Shown here: one piece after another, positions 20,430 to 31,341 of the stretch
Position numbering within the stretch: position 1 is the first letter of the stretch
Layout: each line of letters begins with the position of its first letter
Made by a program: the position numbers and the translations under genes
Notes under the pieces: model-generated
What the model was told of the DNA's origin: nothing
The model's database searches: none
What the model saw: only the letters and a program-made list of their open reading frames with translations
Origin: Bacteroidia bacterium
GTDB lineage: Bacteria > Bacteroidota > Bacteroidia > Bacteroidales > VadinHA17
Reading direction: 5' to 3'
DNA length: 53,782 bases
Assembly: GCA_026391215.1 (NCBI GenBank)
Contig: JAPLDX010000041.1
Coordinates: 1 to 53,782 of the forward strand

Positions 20430-21272
20430 CTACTCAGCTTTTAAGCTCATATCAAGGCTTTTAATATGATGTGTCAGGGCGCCAACTGAAATAAAGTCAA
20501 CTCCGCATTCTGCGTATGCCCTCACAGTTTCAAGAGTAATGCCTCCGGAAGATTCTGTCTCATACCTGTCTCCGACAAGCTTTACAGCAGCGAAAGTATC
20601 TTCAATATTGAAGTTATCAAGCATAATCCGGTTAACCCCTCCGACAGACAGGATCTTATTTAAATCATCGAGGTTCCTGGCTTCTATTTCAATTTTCAGT
20701 TTTCTGTTATTCTTTTTAAGATAATCCCTGGTTTTTTGTATCGCCTGCTCTATTCCTCCTGCGTATACTATATGATTATCTTTAAGCATTATCATATCAA
20801 ATAATCCCATTCTGTGGTTTAATCCGCCTCCTATCCTGACAGCCTCCTTTTCAAGGAACCTTAAACCGGGTGTTGTTTTGCGTGTGTCGAGTATCTTAGC
20901 TTTCAAGCCGGAAACACGGGAGACATACTGATTTGTGCTTGTAGCTATTCCGCTCATCCGCTGCATTATGTTGAGAACCAGCCGTTCGGATTTCAGAATT
21001 GACTGCTGTCTCCCTGATACATGGAATGCAATGTCACCGGGTTTTACACTGCTGCCGTCTTTAATCAGGATTTCACATTTCAGGGTATCATCGATTGCAG
21101 TAAAAGCCTTGCAGGCAACATCGACACCGGCAAGGATTCCTTCTTCCTTGATCAGGAGCCTGGCTTTACCGACGGCTTCCCATGGAATACAAGCCAGGGA
21201 TGAATGATCACCATCTCCAAGGTCCTCTCCTATACTTCTTAAAATAAACTCCCTGAGAACTCTATTTTCCAT
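20430..21272 (-). CDS. nadC: Nicotinate-nucleotide diphosphorylase (carboxylating)
   Basis: EDLGDGDH, DTRKTTPG, HRMGLFD..MLKDNH, IMLDNF, ESSGGI, ISVGALTH; ATG 21272 preferred. Confidence 0.97.
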   Translation of the reverse strand: MENRVLREFILRSIGEDLGDGDHSSLACIPWEAVGKARLLIKEEGILAGVDVACKAFTAIDDTLKCEILIKDGSSVKPGDIAFHVSGRQQSILKSERLVLNIMQRMSGIATSTNQYVSRVSGLKAKILDTRKTTPGLRFLEKEAVRIGGGLNHRMGLFDMIMLKDNHIVYAGGIEQAIQKTRDYLKKNNRKLKIEIEARNLDDLNKILSVGGVNRIMLDNFNIEDTFAAVKLVGDRYETESSGGITLETVRAYAECGVDFISVGALTHHIKSLDMSLKAE

Positions 21273-21666
21273 TTTCAGTCTCAATGCGTATCTGGTGAAT
21301 AAGAAGATCAGGACCGACCTTCTTCAACAGGAAATAGACCCTGAAATCACCTTTCTCTGTTTTAAGAATGCCGATAGCGTATTGTGCATCGCTCTTGGCA
21401 CCCTGATGACGGATTATAAAATCTTTGGTCTGACAGGTATTAAAGAAATCTTTAAGAATGGCTTCAGCGACATTCTTTTTATAAAAATCCTCCTTATCAA
21501 GAAGCAGTAACCCTACTGTGGAATTCATATATTTTGATAATTCGGCTGCATTACCCGCCTTAAAGGCTATAGAGATCCCATCGGGAATCTTAGCCTGCTC
21601 CTGGTCGTTGGAGCCAAGGGTGCTTAGCGCAATAATTATTACCGGAACAATACTAACAAACTGCAT
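21262..21666 (-). CDS. DUF4783-like secreted protein
   Basis: Signal peptide; AFKAGNA.ELSKY...AEAILKDFF...HQG...YAIG.L.T..G.FRVY pattern; upstream of nadC as commonly seen in Bacteroidota. Confidence 0.75.
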   Translation of the reverse strand: MQFVSIVPVIIIALSTLGSNDQEQAKIPDGISIAFKAGNAAELSKYMNSTVGLLLLDKEDFYKKNVAEAILKDFFNTCQTKDFIIRHQGAKSDAQYAIGILKTEKGDFRVYFLLKKVGPDLLIHQIRIETENGK

Positions 21667-21705
21667 CTGAATCTGTTTTTTCCGACTTTCAAAATCTCTG
21701 CATTA

Positions 21706-21713
21706 CAAATTTA
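21706..21713 (-). promoter_or_regulatory. -7 box (TAAATTTG, minus strand) for the DUF4783-nadC-yihY operon
   Basis: CAAATTTA on the plus strand in the divergent gap. Confidence 0.5.
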
Positions 21714-21785
21714 AGTAATTTCAGTTAAGAAAACCACTTCTGCCTGCTCAATATAATTATAATTGCATGAGCGCGTTATTAATTA

Positions 21786-21793
21786 TACTTTTG
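21786..21793 (+). promoter_or_regulatory. -7 box (TACTTTTG) upstream of rlmH
   Basis: Exact TAnnTTTG match; supports ATG 21842 as the true start. Confidence 0.55.
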
Positions 21794-21841
21794 CAGGTAA
21801 TAGTATGCTTTGACAAGTACTCAAAAGTCGCGCCAATATTT

Positions 21842-22315
21842 ATGAAGATTGCATTATTGCAAACAGGTAAAACAACAGATAAGCATGTTAATGAGGGCGT
21901 TGATATTTATTCTGAACGCATCAGGAAATATTCAGGATTCGAGATCATTACGCTTCCCGACCTGAAGAATACGCGGAATATGTCCGTGACGGAACAGAAG
22001 ATCAAAGAGGGGAAGAAAATAATGCAGTCAATAGGTAAGGATGATTTTGTGGTTCTGCTTGATGAAAGAGGGAAAGAGCTCAGAACGGTTGAATTTGCTG
22101 AATTGTTAGTAAGGCGGTTTTTAATGACTGGAAAGAGGATCCTGTTTGTAATTGGCGGTCCCTGGGGTATGTCGGAAGAGGTGATCAATATTGCCGATTT
22201 CCGGATGTCTCTTTCTAAAATGACTTTCCCGCATCAGCTTGTCAGGTTATTGTTCCTGGAACAGCTTTACAGAGCATTTACAATTATTAAAGGTGAGCCA
22301 TATCACCATGAATAG
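21842..22315 (+). CDS. rlmH: 23S rRNA (pseudouridine1915-N3)-methyltransferase
   Basis: LLDERGK, FVIGGPWG, SLSKMTFPHQLVRL..LEQLYRA, GEPYHHE. Confidence 0.96.
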   Translation: MKIALLQTGKTTDKHVNEGVDIYSERIRKYSGFEIITLPDLKNTRNMSVTEQKIKEGKKIMQSIGKDDFVVLLDERGKELRTVEFAELLVRRFLMTGKRILFVIGGPWGMSEEVINIADFRMSLSKMTFPHQLVRLLFLEQLYRAFTIIKGEPYHHE

Positions 22316-22330
22316 AATATATTTCCCGGT

Positions 22331-25300
22331 ATGAAAATGAACAGACGCAGATTATTTCTCTGTATTTCTGCTGTCATCCTCCTGGCGGGTGCAATAATCT
22401 CAGAATTAATATATTTCAGTGATTTTGAATATCATTTCAGGGTAAAGAGGTTTAACAGGATATTGACTGAGAAGGAGAAGGTGATGGAGGGGTGTCTGAA
22501 CGATCTGAAACAGATACTAGCCAATGGTGAACCGCACGGATCAATGTCAGAAAAGAAGCTTTTTATGCTTGCCGGAGAAAATGAGATCACCATACTCGAG
22601 TACATTGACAAGAAACTTATTCACTGGTCGGACAATGAATTTGATGTTCCTGTAGAAATTCATAATGACACTCTTTTTGCAAAGCCGATATTGTTTATCC
22701 ATAATGGCTGGTTCCTTCCGATGACAATCCAGGCAGGAAATGAGATGATAGTAGGATTACTGAGGGTGAGGACGGATTATGGTTTTGAAAACGACATAAT
22801 CAGGAATGGCTTCGAAAAAAATTTCAAAATACCTGATGACGTAGGCTTCAGCACAGTAAAGGATAGTTCAGAGTACAATATTTACAGTTCTTCCGGTGAT
22901 TTTCTTTTTTCTCTTTCTTTCCCTGCAGTAAAAAGCAACACCATCCTGATCATTGTGCCTGTAGTTTTTTGGGCCTTATTATTTGTGATCCTGATTTTGC
23001 TTGTGCTTGAAGTGGTTGAATTAATGGTCAGCAGGGGAATGAATATTCTAGGCCTGCTTACCTCATTTGCCTTATTTGTTCTGCTTTACTTTTCAGTGCT
23101 TTTACTGAATAAGCCGGAAGTAATATTACGGACAGGGCTTTTTTCCCCCTATCATTTCTCGCTCAACGTATTAATACCTTCACTGGGGCACCTTCTTTTG
23201 TTAAGTATCCTTGCAGCTGTATTCTCATTTTGTTTTTACAAGTACCTGCCAGCAGGACCAGTAAGCAGGGAAAATAAAATGAAGAGTATTACAGTACTGG
23301 CTCTTTACTTTTCTGTTGCTGCTCTTTTTTCAGGTGTTCTCCATTATCTTTTCATCCACCTGGTCTCAGACTCGAACATAAGTTTTGAGACGTACAGGGT
23401 CATTGACCTGACATTATTCAGTGCTGCGGGTTATTGCAGTATAGTTTTATTTTCATTTGTACCTTTCTTTGTGTTGCTTAAGGTCATCAGGATCTGTAAT
23501 GATGTCCGGACGGGGAGATTTGTCATTGCACTAATGGTTGCCCTGATTGTTCTGGTCATCTTGTTTTTCAAAGATCCGGCTTCCTTGCTGGTGACAGCGC
23601 TCTTTTTTTCGGGAATGGTTATACTTATCCTGATTGCAGTAAGAAAAAAGTCAGGAGATCTCAACATTACAGTTTTATTTTCCATTCTTTTAGGCCTTTA
23701 TTCGCTGTATGTGATCACAGTTTTTTCGGAGAAGAAGAACACTGAAAATCTGAAGATCCAGGCTTTATCCTTTTCTACAGAGAATGATCCTGAAGCTGAG
23801 CATCTTCTTCTCGATATGTGGCCTGTAATTAAAAGCGATACCATTCTGGCCGGGATGATGAAAGCTGAAATTATCGAACAGAAAGAAGTAAATTCGGTAA
23901 CATCCTACCTGCAAGAAAAATACTTTAGCGGATATTGGGGGAATTTCAATGTAAATATTATCCTCTGTCCAAATGGAGGACCTCTAAGAATAGGACCGGG
24001 GCAGGACAATCTGGTAAACTGTTTTGAATTCTTTTACGGGAGGACAAAAAAGTATGGGCATCGTCTGACGGGTACAGATTTTTATTTTATTGACTACCAG
24101 GGCGGAAGGGCATATTATATTGGACAACTTTTTTTTGAGACCGGCCATGGAACAACAAACGGGTTATTCATAGAACTTTACAGCAATGTCACTATTTTCC
24201 AGTCAGGGTATTCCGAATTGCTTCTAGACAGGAAATTCCGCGGATATTCAGGTCTGAAGGATTACTCATTTGCTAAATATATCAATGGTAAAATTGTTCT
24301 TAACTCGGGTGAATTCGCCTATAACAAGGAAGATGATGATTATATTGACAAGAACACTGATTATAGGTACTTCAATGCCGGGAGTTACAAGCATGTCCTG
24401 TGCAAAAACGGTAACGCTACCGTTATAATAAGCAGGAAAAGGCTTACAACAGGAGACATGCTGATATCATTTGCATATCTCTTCACCTTTATCCTGCTGT
24501 TCACGAATCTGGTCCTTCTTCTTTTACGCCGGCCGGATATAAGAAAACTCAGAACTCCGAACTTAAGACAGAAGCTGCAGTTATCATTCATAGGGATACT
24601 TCTTTTCTCTTTTATCCTGATAGGAGTGGTTGTGACCTCTCTGACGATCAGGGAATACAAGGCAAAGCATTATGATACAATAAGGGAAAAGCTAAGTTCA
24701 ATTTATATTGAACTTGAAAACAGCCTGGCTGTCGAAAGAAGTCTTTCAGTTGACTGGAGGAACAGCAGTTATGGATCACTTAATGAGCTTCTTGTAGGGC
24801 TTTCTAATATATTCAATACAGATATAAATATTTATGACCTGAACGGACACCTGATGGCAACCTCGAGAGAGGAGATCTATTACCGGAACCTCACAAGCAG
24901 GAGAATGAACATCCAGGCGCTTATCAATATGGAAACCCTTACCAGGAGCGAGTATATCCAGACAGAGAAGGTGGGCCGGATGAATTACCTTTCGGTTTAT
25001 GTTCCATTCTACAATGCCGATAACAAATTGCTTGTCTATCTGAATCTGCCTTATTTCAGGATGCAGAGCATACTGGCCCGTGAAATATCGAACATGGTTG
25101 TTGTGGTCATTAACTTTGCACTTCTTCTGATACTTGTAACAATGGGATTGGCGGTTTTCCTGAGCGGCAGGCTGACTTCACCGCTGTCTATGCTAAGTGA
25201 TGGACTGGCATCAGTTAAACTTGGCAAAAAGGTTGAACACCTCTATTATAATGGAACCGATGAGATAGGTGATCTCGTGATGCAGTACAACAGTATGGTG

Positions 25301-26047
25301 GATGAACTCGAGGAGAGTACTGAGAAGCTTTCCAATTCTGAAAGGGAATATGCATGGAGGGAAATGGCGAAACAGATCGCACATGAGATCAAAAATCCGC
25401 TGACCCCGATGAAGCTGAATGTTCAGCAGCTGCTTAAAACATGGAAAGACGGAGCACCACGGTTTGACGAAAAGATTGAAACCTTCTCAAAAAACCAGAT
25501 TGATCTGATTGATAATCTGTCATCCATTGCTTCAGCCTTTTCGGCATTTGCAAAGATGCCCGGGACAAGCCCCGGACTTGTCAATCTGCTGGAACAGATA
25601 CAGACGACACTCGAGCTCTTCAGGAATACGGCAAACGTTACATTCTGGGTACGATGGCCACACGAGAGCAAAGTTTACATATATGCCGACAAGGAGCAGC
25701 TTAACGGGATCTTCTCCAATCTTTTCAAGAACAGCATCCAGTCAATTCCCCTGGACAGGAAAGGACTTATCAAGGTGTCACTTGAAATAAAAGGTGACAA
25801 AATTATTGTTGCGGTCGAGGATAACGGAACAGGTATCCCGGAGCCGTTGCAGAAAAAGCTCTTCACGCCGAACTTTACGACAAAATCGTCGGGAACGGGA
25901 CTGGGGCTTTCAATCGTTAAAAAATATGTTGAAGGTGTCAAAGGCAGAATATGGTTTGAATCAGAGGCAGATAAAGGAACAATTTTCTATATTGAATTTC
26001 CCCTGATGTACACTGTAGAGAAGCCGGGAGAGGCTCCGGCAGTCTGA
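22331..26047 (+). CDS. Large multi-pass membrane sensor histidine kinase (HAMP-HisKA-HATPase, NtrY-like transmitter)
   Basis: Many TMs and extracytoplasmic domains; HAMP (DEIGDLVMQYN), H-box WREMAKQIAHEIKNPLTP, N-box NLFKNS, G boxes DNGTGI / FTTKSSGTGLGL. Confidence 0.92.
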   Translation: MKMNRRRLFLCISAVILLAGAIISELIYFSDFEYHFRVKRFNRILTEKEKVMEGCLNDLKQILANGEPHGSMSEKKLFMLAGENEITILEYIDKKLIHWSDNEFDVPVEIHNDTLFAKPILFIHNGWFLPMTIQAGNEMIVGLLRVRTDYGFENDIIRNGFEKNFKIPDDVGFSTVKDSSEYNIYSSSGDFLFSLSFPAVKSNTILIIVPVVFWALLFVILILLVLEVVELMVSRGMNILGLLTSFALFVLLYFSVLLLNKPEVILRTGLFSPYHFSLNVLIPSLGHLLLLSILAAVFSFCFYKYLPAGPVSRENKMKSITVLALYFSVAALFSGVLHYLFIHLVSDSNISFETYRVIDLTLFSAAGYCSIVLFSFVPFFVLLKVIRICNDVRTGRFVIALMVALIVLVILFFKDPASLLVTALFFSGMVILILIAVRKKSGDLNITVLFSILLGLYSLYVITVFSEKKNTENLKIQALSFSTENDPEAEHLLLDMWPVIKSDTILAGMMKAEIIEQKEVNSVTSYLQEKYFSGYWGNFNVNIILCPNGGPLRIGPGQDNLVNCFEFFYGRTKKYGHRLTGTDFYFIDYQGGRAYYIGQLFFETGHGTTNGLFIELYSNVTIFQSGYSELLLDRKFRGYSGLKDYSFAKYINGKIVLNSGEFAYNKEDDDYIDKNTDYRYFNAGSYKHVLCKNGNATVIISRKRLTTGDMLISFAYLFTFILLFTNLVLLLLRRPDIRKLRTPNLRQKLQLSFIGILLFSFILIGVVVTSLTIREYKAKHYDTIREKLSSIYIELENSLAVERSLSVDWRNSSYGSLNELLVGLSNIFNTDINIYDLNGHLMATSREEIYYRNLTSRRMNIQALINMETLTRSEYIQTEKVGRMNYLSVYVPFYNADNKLLVYLNLPYFRMQSILAREISNMVVVVINFALLLILVTMGLAVFLSGRLTSPLSMLSDGLASVKLGKKVEHLYYNGTDEIGDLVMQYNSMVDELEESTEKLSNSEREYAWREMAKQIAHEIKNPLTPMKLNVQQLLKTWKDGAPRFDEKIETFSKNQIDLIDNLSSIASAFSAFAKMPGTSPGLVNLLEQIQTTLELFRNTANVTFWVRWPHESKVYIYADKEQLNGIFSNLFKNSIQSIPLDRKGLIKVSLEIKGDKIIVAVEDNGTGIPEPLQKKLFTPNFTTKSSGTGLGLSIVKKYVEGVKGRIWFESEADKGTIFYIEFPLMYTVEKPGEAPAV

Positions 26048-26106
26048 CTTTGACAAGTTGAAAAATTCAAATATTTAGTTATATTAGCGGTTCTTATCAG
26101 GCTTTA

Positions 26107-29100
26107 ATGAAGGGAAGTATTTCAGTCAATGTCAGATCGTTAATATTGAGTCTGTTAGTAATAATGGGATTCGTACAGCCTGTTTATTCCCAAACCAGGA
26201 TAAGCGGCATAATAAATAAGTATGCCCGGGTGAATACAATAGGGGTTGATAATGTCATTATAAATGATGAAACCCAGTTTGACCAGTTTGCTGTGGGTGA
26301 CACAGTGCTGCTGATGCAGATGAAAGGAGTCAGGATCGATACAATGGGTCTGGGTATTATGATGTACGGACTACCCGGCAGATATGAGTTCCTGACGATA
26401 TCCTTGCTTGATGATGGCTTGAATAAAATTGAATTCATGGCCGATATAGTCAATACATCATTTGATGTCAACTGCAATGTTCAGCTTATCAGAGTTCCTT
26501 CATATAACTATGCTATAGTTAACGGGCAACTTACCTGCGAGCCATGGGACAGCACAAAAAAGACTGGCGGAGTTCTGGCTGCAATTATAGGAAGAACACT
26601 ATCACTGAATGCAAATATTGATGTTACCGGTAAAGGTTTTAAAGGAGGGGCGATAGCCTCAGGGAAGGGAATTTGTGCCGGGACCAATTTAAAGTGGCTT
26701 AGAAATTATTATCCAGCAACCACAGACAGTGCCGGATTCAAAGGAGAAGGACTAGCATTATTAGTAGGTACAGACAGTCCACCATATCTGCCTGTCTATC
26801 CCGGTTTTGCTAAAGGTATGGCCGCCAATTTTACTGGTGGTGGAGGCGGAATTGGCAGATTTTCAGGCGGCGGTGGAGGATCAAATTATAGTGCCGGAGG
26901 CAGAGGTGGTCGCGAAAATTTGTGCAGCCCGCCCTCCGACGGAGGTATGGGGGGAAAATCGGTTATGCCTACTACTCTGAAAGGAGGTTATTTCCTTGGT
27001 GGCGGTGGCGGCGGATCAACATACACAACAGGAACTTCAGTTCCCGGAGGTAAGGGAGGCGGAATAATTTTCACTGTGATACATTGATGGGCAATGGCCA
27101 CAGTATTCTTGCTGAGGGTGCCTTCCCGGGAACAGCGAGCGGAGAAGCTGGCGCAGGTGGTGGTGGCGGTGGTGGATCAATTGCTATATATAATCAGAGT
27201 TACTCTGATATTCTAGCTACATCTGCCCTAACATTATCAGCCAGAGGTGGAAAAGGAGGAAGTAATGCCGGAAATTCGGGAGAAGGAGGCGGTGGCAGCG
27301 GCGGTTACATTAATACAAGCAGTGTTACTCTTCCATCGAACGTAACAAGGATCGTTTTAGGTGGAGGTGGAGGTACAAGAGCTGGTACCTCAATCGGACC
27401 CAGCGGTTTCCCCGGTATTGATTCAACAACATTTACTCCACTTCTTAACGGATTCCTTTTCAATTCAATCCGTTCTTCAATTACCGGCGACCAGAGCGAT
27501 TCCATCTGCTCCAATGTTATTCCTCCACCGATCACAGGTACAAATCCTGCTGGTTCCGGTGATTTTACTTTTATGTGGCAGAAAAGCGACCCGCATCCAC
27601 AATTGCTGGAGCAATCCTTAAGGATTACACACCAACTGCAACGGAGGCAGATACTTTCTGGATCAGGAGGGTAGTGACTGACAATGGTGCAATCCCTCTG
27701 GTTATTATAGATACCAGCAAATGGGTCAAGATATTTGTCCAGCCTGCAATCACCGGCAACCTGGTCGGTAAGGACGCAACGATATGCTACAACCAGGATC
27801 CCCTGAGCCTTATACCGTTGAATACGGGCCCGTCCAAAGGAAATGGGAAATATAAGTACCAGTGGATCCAGAACAATAATGATGCTGACTGGTCCAGCCC
27901 TTCAGTAGCCACCGGAACATCTGATTTTACATCATATGATCCGGCAGCCCTGACAGCGACAACTTACTATAAACGAGTTGTAACCTCGGGCCGCTGTATA
28001 GATAAAAGCGCCACAGTAACCATTACGGTACTGCCTTCAATTACAGCAAATGTCACTGCCCGTCCTGATTCAGTTATTTGCGAAGGACAATTATTTAATT
28101 CTCTTGGAGCTTCTACACCAGCAGGAGGTTCGGGCAGTTATGTTTATCTCTGGCAGGACAGAACGGCATCAGGAACATGGACCAGCTCGCCAAATGTAAA
28201 TACAGGAACCACCTATACTCCCGACACATCAAAATTTGCTATCGTTGAGCAAAGGTATTACAGGAGAGTCGTATTTTCAGGTCCTGACAGTGTATGCAGG
28301 AGCAACAGCTCTCCGATACTTATGACCAGGTACCATTTTATTGAAAACAATACAATTTCAAAGGACACAACGATCTGTTCAGGCTCAGTTCCGCCGGCAT
28401 TTACGGGAAGCATACCGCAGAAAGGATCCGGCTTCTACACATATATGTGGCAGGACAGCTCAAAAGCTGCTTCATGGACAACAAAAGGAACGGTTATATC
28501 ACCTCACGCTCCGCCGGCACTTTCCGATACCACCTGGTACAGGAGAATAGTAAATTCATCAAAATGCGCTGATACCAGCAAAACTCTGTTTATAAATGTA
28601 CATAAACCGATAACAAACAATGTTGCATCGCTTATCTCTGCAGCCGGGACTGATACGACCATCTGCTCCGGCGCTATTCCTGATAAGATCAAAGGAAGTG
28701 TCCCAAAAGGAGGTACGGATATCCCCGGGGATTATGCTTACCAGTGGTCATATTCTACAGACAATGCCACATTTACTGATATAGCAACCTCGGCAACCGG
28801 TACTGACTACCAGCCTGTTGCCCTTACTGTCTCTACATGGTTCAGGAGGAGAGCGATCTCCGGAAAATGTTTTTCTGAGAGCAACACGATAAAGGTTACA
28901 GTTCTGCCTGTTATCACCAATAATGTCATTTCAAGTGACCAGACGATCTGTTACGGGACAACACCAGCCCAACTGGCAGGTACGTCGCTGACAGGCGGAG
29001 CAGGAGGAACCCCGACATGGAAATGGGAGCAGAGCACTGACGGGACAACATGGTTACCGGCAACAGGCACAAGCAACGGCCAGAACTATTCACCTCCATC

Positions 29101-30322
29101 ACTGACCGATCCGATGAAATACAGGAGGATCATCCTTTCAGGTCAGTATGATTGTTGTATTGATACATCAGATATACTGCATATCGGGATACATCCCCTG
29201 CCAACCGGAGAAATTAAATCTGTTGCTGATACAACTATCTGCGGCGGTTCGAATGTGTTGTTAAAAATAAAGCTCACAGGAGCTTCAAAATGGAAGGTAA
29301 TATATAAACAGAACTCAACCGAAAAAACAGTTAATAACATTGCATCTGCTGATACCGCACTTAAAGACATTCCTGTACCAACGAGCGGCATGTCGGCTTT
29401 CAACTATTCGCTCGTTTCAGTGACGGATAAGTACAATTGTATTGCCACCTCATTGACAGGTACAAGGAAGGCTGATGTCTACAAAATACCTGTAGCTGAA
29501 GCCGGTCCTGATGACGAAATATGCGGACCTGAATATACGCTTGCAGCCGTTCCAAGTGACGGGACAGGCAAATGGATATTCCCTTCCAGGGTGCTGGAAT
29601 CGGCTGTGAACGACCCTGCATCAAAAATTAAGATTGATTCATCTTTCAATGACAATAAGGATGCATTTATAAAACTTAAATTTTACTGGGAAGAAACAAA
29701 CTGGCAATGTGTCAATAAAGACTCCGTCACAATAACATTCCATAACCGCATTGATAATATAAGTGCAGGATGTGATACTTCTTTATATTCATTTGATTAT
29801 GCTATGCAGCTAAATGCTTGCGCGCTGGAACTATATGAATCCGGTGAATGGAGTGTAATTTCCGGAACAGGCGATTTTAATCCGGTCGATGAAAGTTCGA
29901 CTGATGTAACGAATTTATCAAAAGGTCTGAATACTTATAAATGGACTGTAACTAATGGTAAATGCCAGAGTGAAGCTGTTATCAACGTGGATGTTTTTGA
30001 TCTGATGATCCCTGAGGGTTTTTCACCCAACAATGACCCTGAAAATTACAATAATACGTTTGAAATTACCGGATTGGACCTACGTAAGAAACCGGATTCC
30101 ACACCTTATCAGATTGCAGAGCTTACTATTGTAAACAGTGCGGGAACTCAGGTCTTTACCACTACGAACAGGGATGACAGCGAATGGAAACACTGGGATG
30201 GCAAGAATTCAAAAGGAATAGACATGCCGGAAGGCACTTATTATTATATGCTTAAAATAATATCAACCGGAACTGATCTGGTGTACAAAAAGAGCGGATT
30301 CATAATATTGAAACGATATTAA
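26107..30322 (+). pseudogene. Large T9SS type-B cargo (gliding-motility-associated C-terminal domain) surface protein, ~1400 aa, split into three ORFs by two frameshifts
   Basis: ORFs 26107-27087, 27084-27674 and 27575-30322 read as one protein: signal peptide, Gly-rich domain, Ig-like repeats, CTD (IPEGFSPN..WDG..PEGTYYY..SGFIILKRY). Frame breaks at ~27073 (GGGIIF|CDTLMGNG) and ~27588 (WQKS|PASTIAGA). Confidence 0.8.
27498..29197 (+). repeat. Six tandem ~95-100-aa Ig-like protein repeats in the T9SS cargo
   Basis: Recurrent pattern D.TIC...Y.WQ.S...Y.P..L..TT.YRR.V.SG.C...S..V.I.V.P in the translation. Confidence 0.75.
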
Positions 30323-30374
30323 TAGATATAAAGAGGGAATCGGACTAAATATTTTCCGGGACGACAAAGAAAGA

Positions 30375-31337
30375 ATGAGCAGGCTGAAGTATTTATTTAT
30401 TATTCCATTATTTCTGATCACATGTGGAACTTATGGGCAAGGTGTTCCTGATTCCGCAAGGATAAGTCTTGGCTATCCTGTATACAGCCAGTACCTGCAG
30501 AACGGCCTGATGATTAATCCTGCCTATACCGGTTCACGGGAAGCCCTGAGTGCCATGTTATCGTACAGGATGCAATGGATGGGAACTCCTGGAGCTCCAG
30601 TCCTTCAGACGGTATCACTTCATTCTCCCATGAAGAACGAAAGGGTAGCTCTGGGTCTGAAGGCTCAGTTCATGCAGTATGGCGTTACCAAATCAACGAG
30701 TGTTTATGGTATTTATGCTTATCATATAAAGGTGGGAAACGGAAAGCTTTCATTCGGGCTGAAAGCAGGAGTGGACCTCTCAAATACTGATTATACGGGA
30801 TTGCTTCTGACGAATTCCGGAGATCCTGTTTTCACATCTGACGATAAGCCTTTTGTACTCCCCAATGTTGGTGCGGGGATGTATTATTTCAGCAAGAGAT
30901 TTTTTGCAGGATTCTCAGTCCCCTCGTTTCTCAGCTATAAAAGAACTGATCAGGGAACGACTCAGGCTTATCATTCTTTTAATGAATACGATATAATTTT
31001 ATCAGCAGGCGGTCTTATGACATTCTCGCCATCCTTCAAATTCAAACCGTCAGTACTCGTCAATTACTCACTGCAGGAAACAAAGAAGCTTACTCAGCTT
31101 GATATTAATGGCAATTTCATTATAGCTGACCTGATATGGGTTGGTGGCTCATGGAGGACTTCAGAAGAAGTTATTGTAGGAATCCTTCAGGTTCAACCTA
31201 CTCCCCAGCTGATGATAGGTCTGTCATATGATTATGCTGCAGGAAGGATGGATTCATATTCAAAAGGTTCAAGCGAATTCATTTTAAGATATGAGTTCGG
31301 GTATAAGGTAAGCGCCGCAAATCCGAGGTATTTTTAA
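30375..31337 (+). CDS. Type IX secretion system membrane protein, PorP/SprF family
   Basis: YSQY..NGL.INPAYTG, YRMQWMG..GAP, GLSYDY, SSEFILRYEF..PRYF; directly after a type-B CTD gene. Confidence 0.92.
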   Translation: MSRLKYLFIIPLFLITCGTYGQGVPDSARISLGYPVYSQYLQNGLMINPAYTGSREALSAMLSYRMQWMGTPGAPVLQTVSLHSPMKNERVALGLKAQFMQYGVTKSTSVYGIYAYHIKVGNGKLSFGLKAGVDLSNTDYTGLLLTNSGDPVFTSDDKPFVLPNVGAGMYYFSKRFFAGFSVPSFLSYKRTDQGTTQAYHSFNEYDIILSAGGLMTFSPSFKFKPSVLVNYSLQETKKLTQLDINGNFIIADLIWVGGSWRTSEEVIVGILQVQPTPQLMIGLSYDYAAGRMDSYSKGSSEFILRYEFGYKVSAANPRYF

Positions 31338-31341
31338 TTAT

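Noticed and set aside
27064-27592. Programmed -1 ribosomal frameshifting at the two cargo junctions
   Set aside because: No canonical X-XXY-YYZ heptamer in the correct frame (only a weak T-TTC at the first junction) and no clear stimulatory structure; two successive events would be needed
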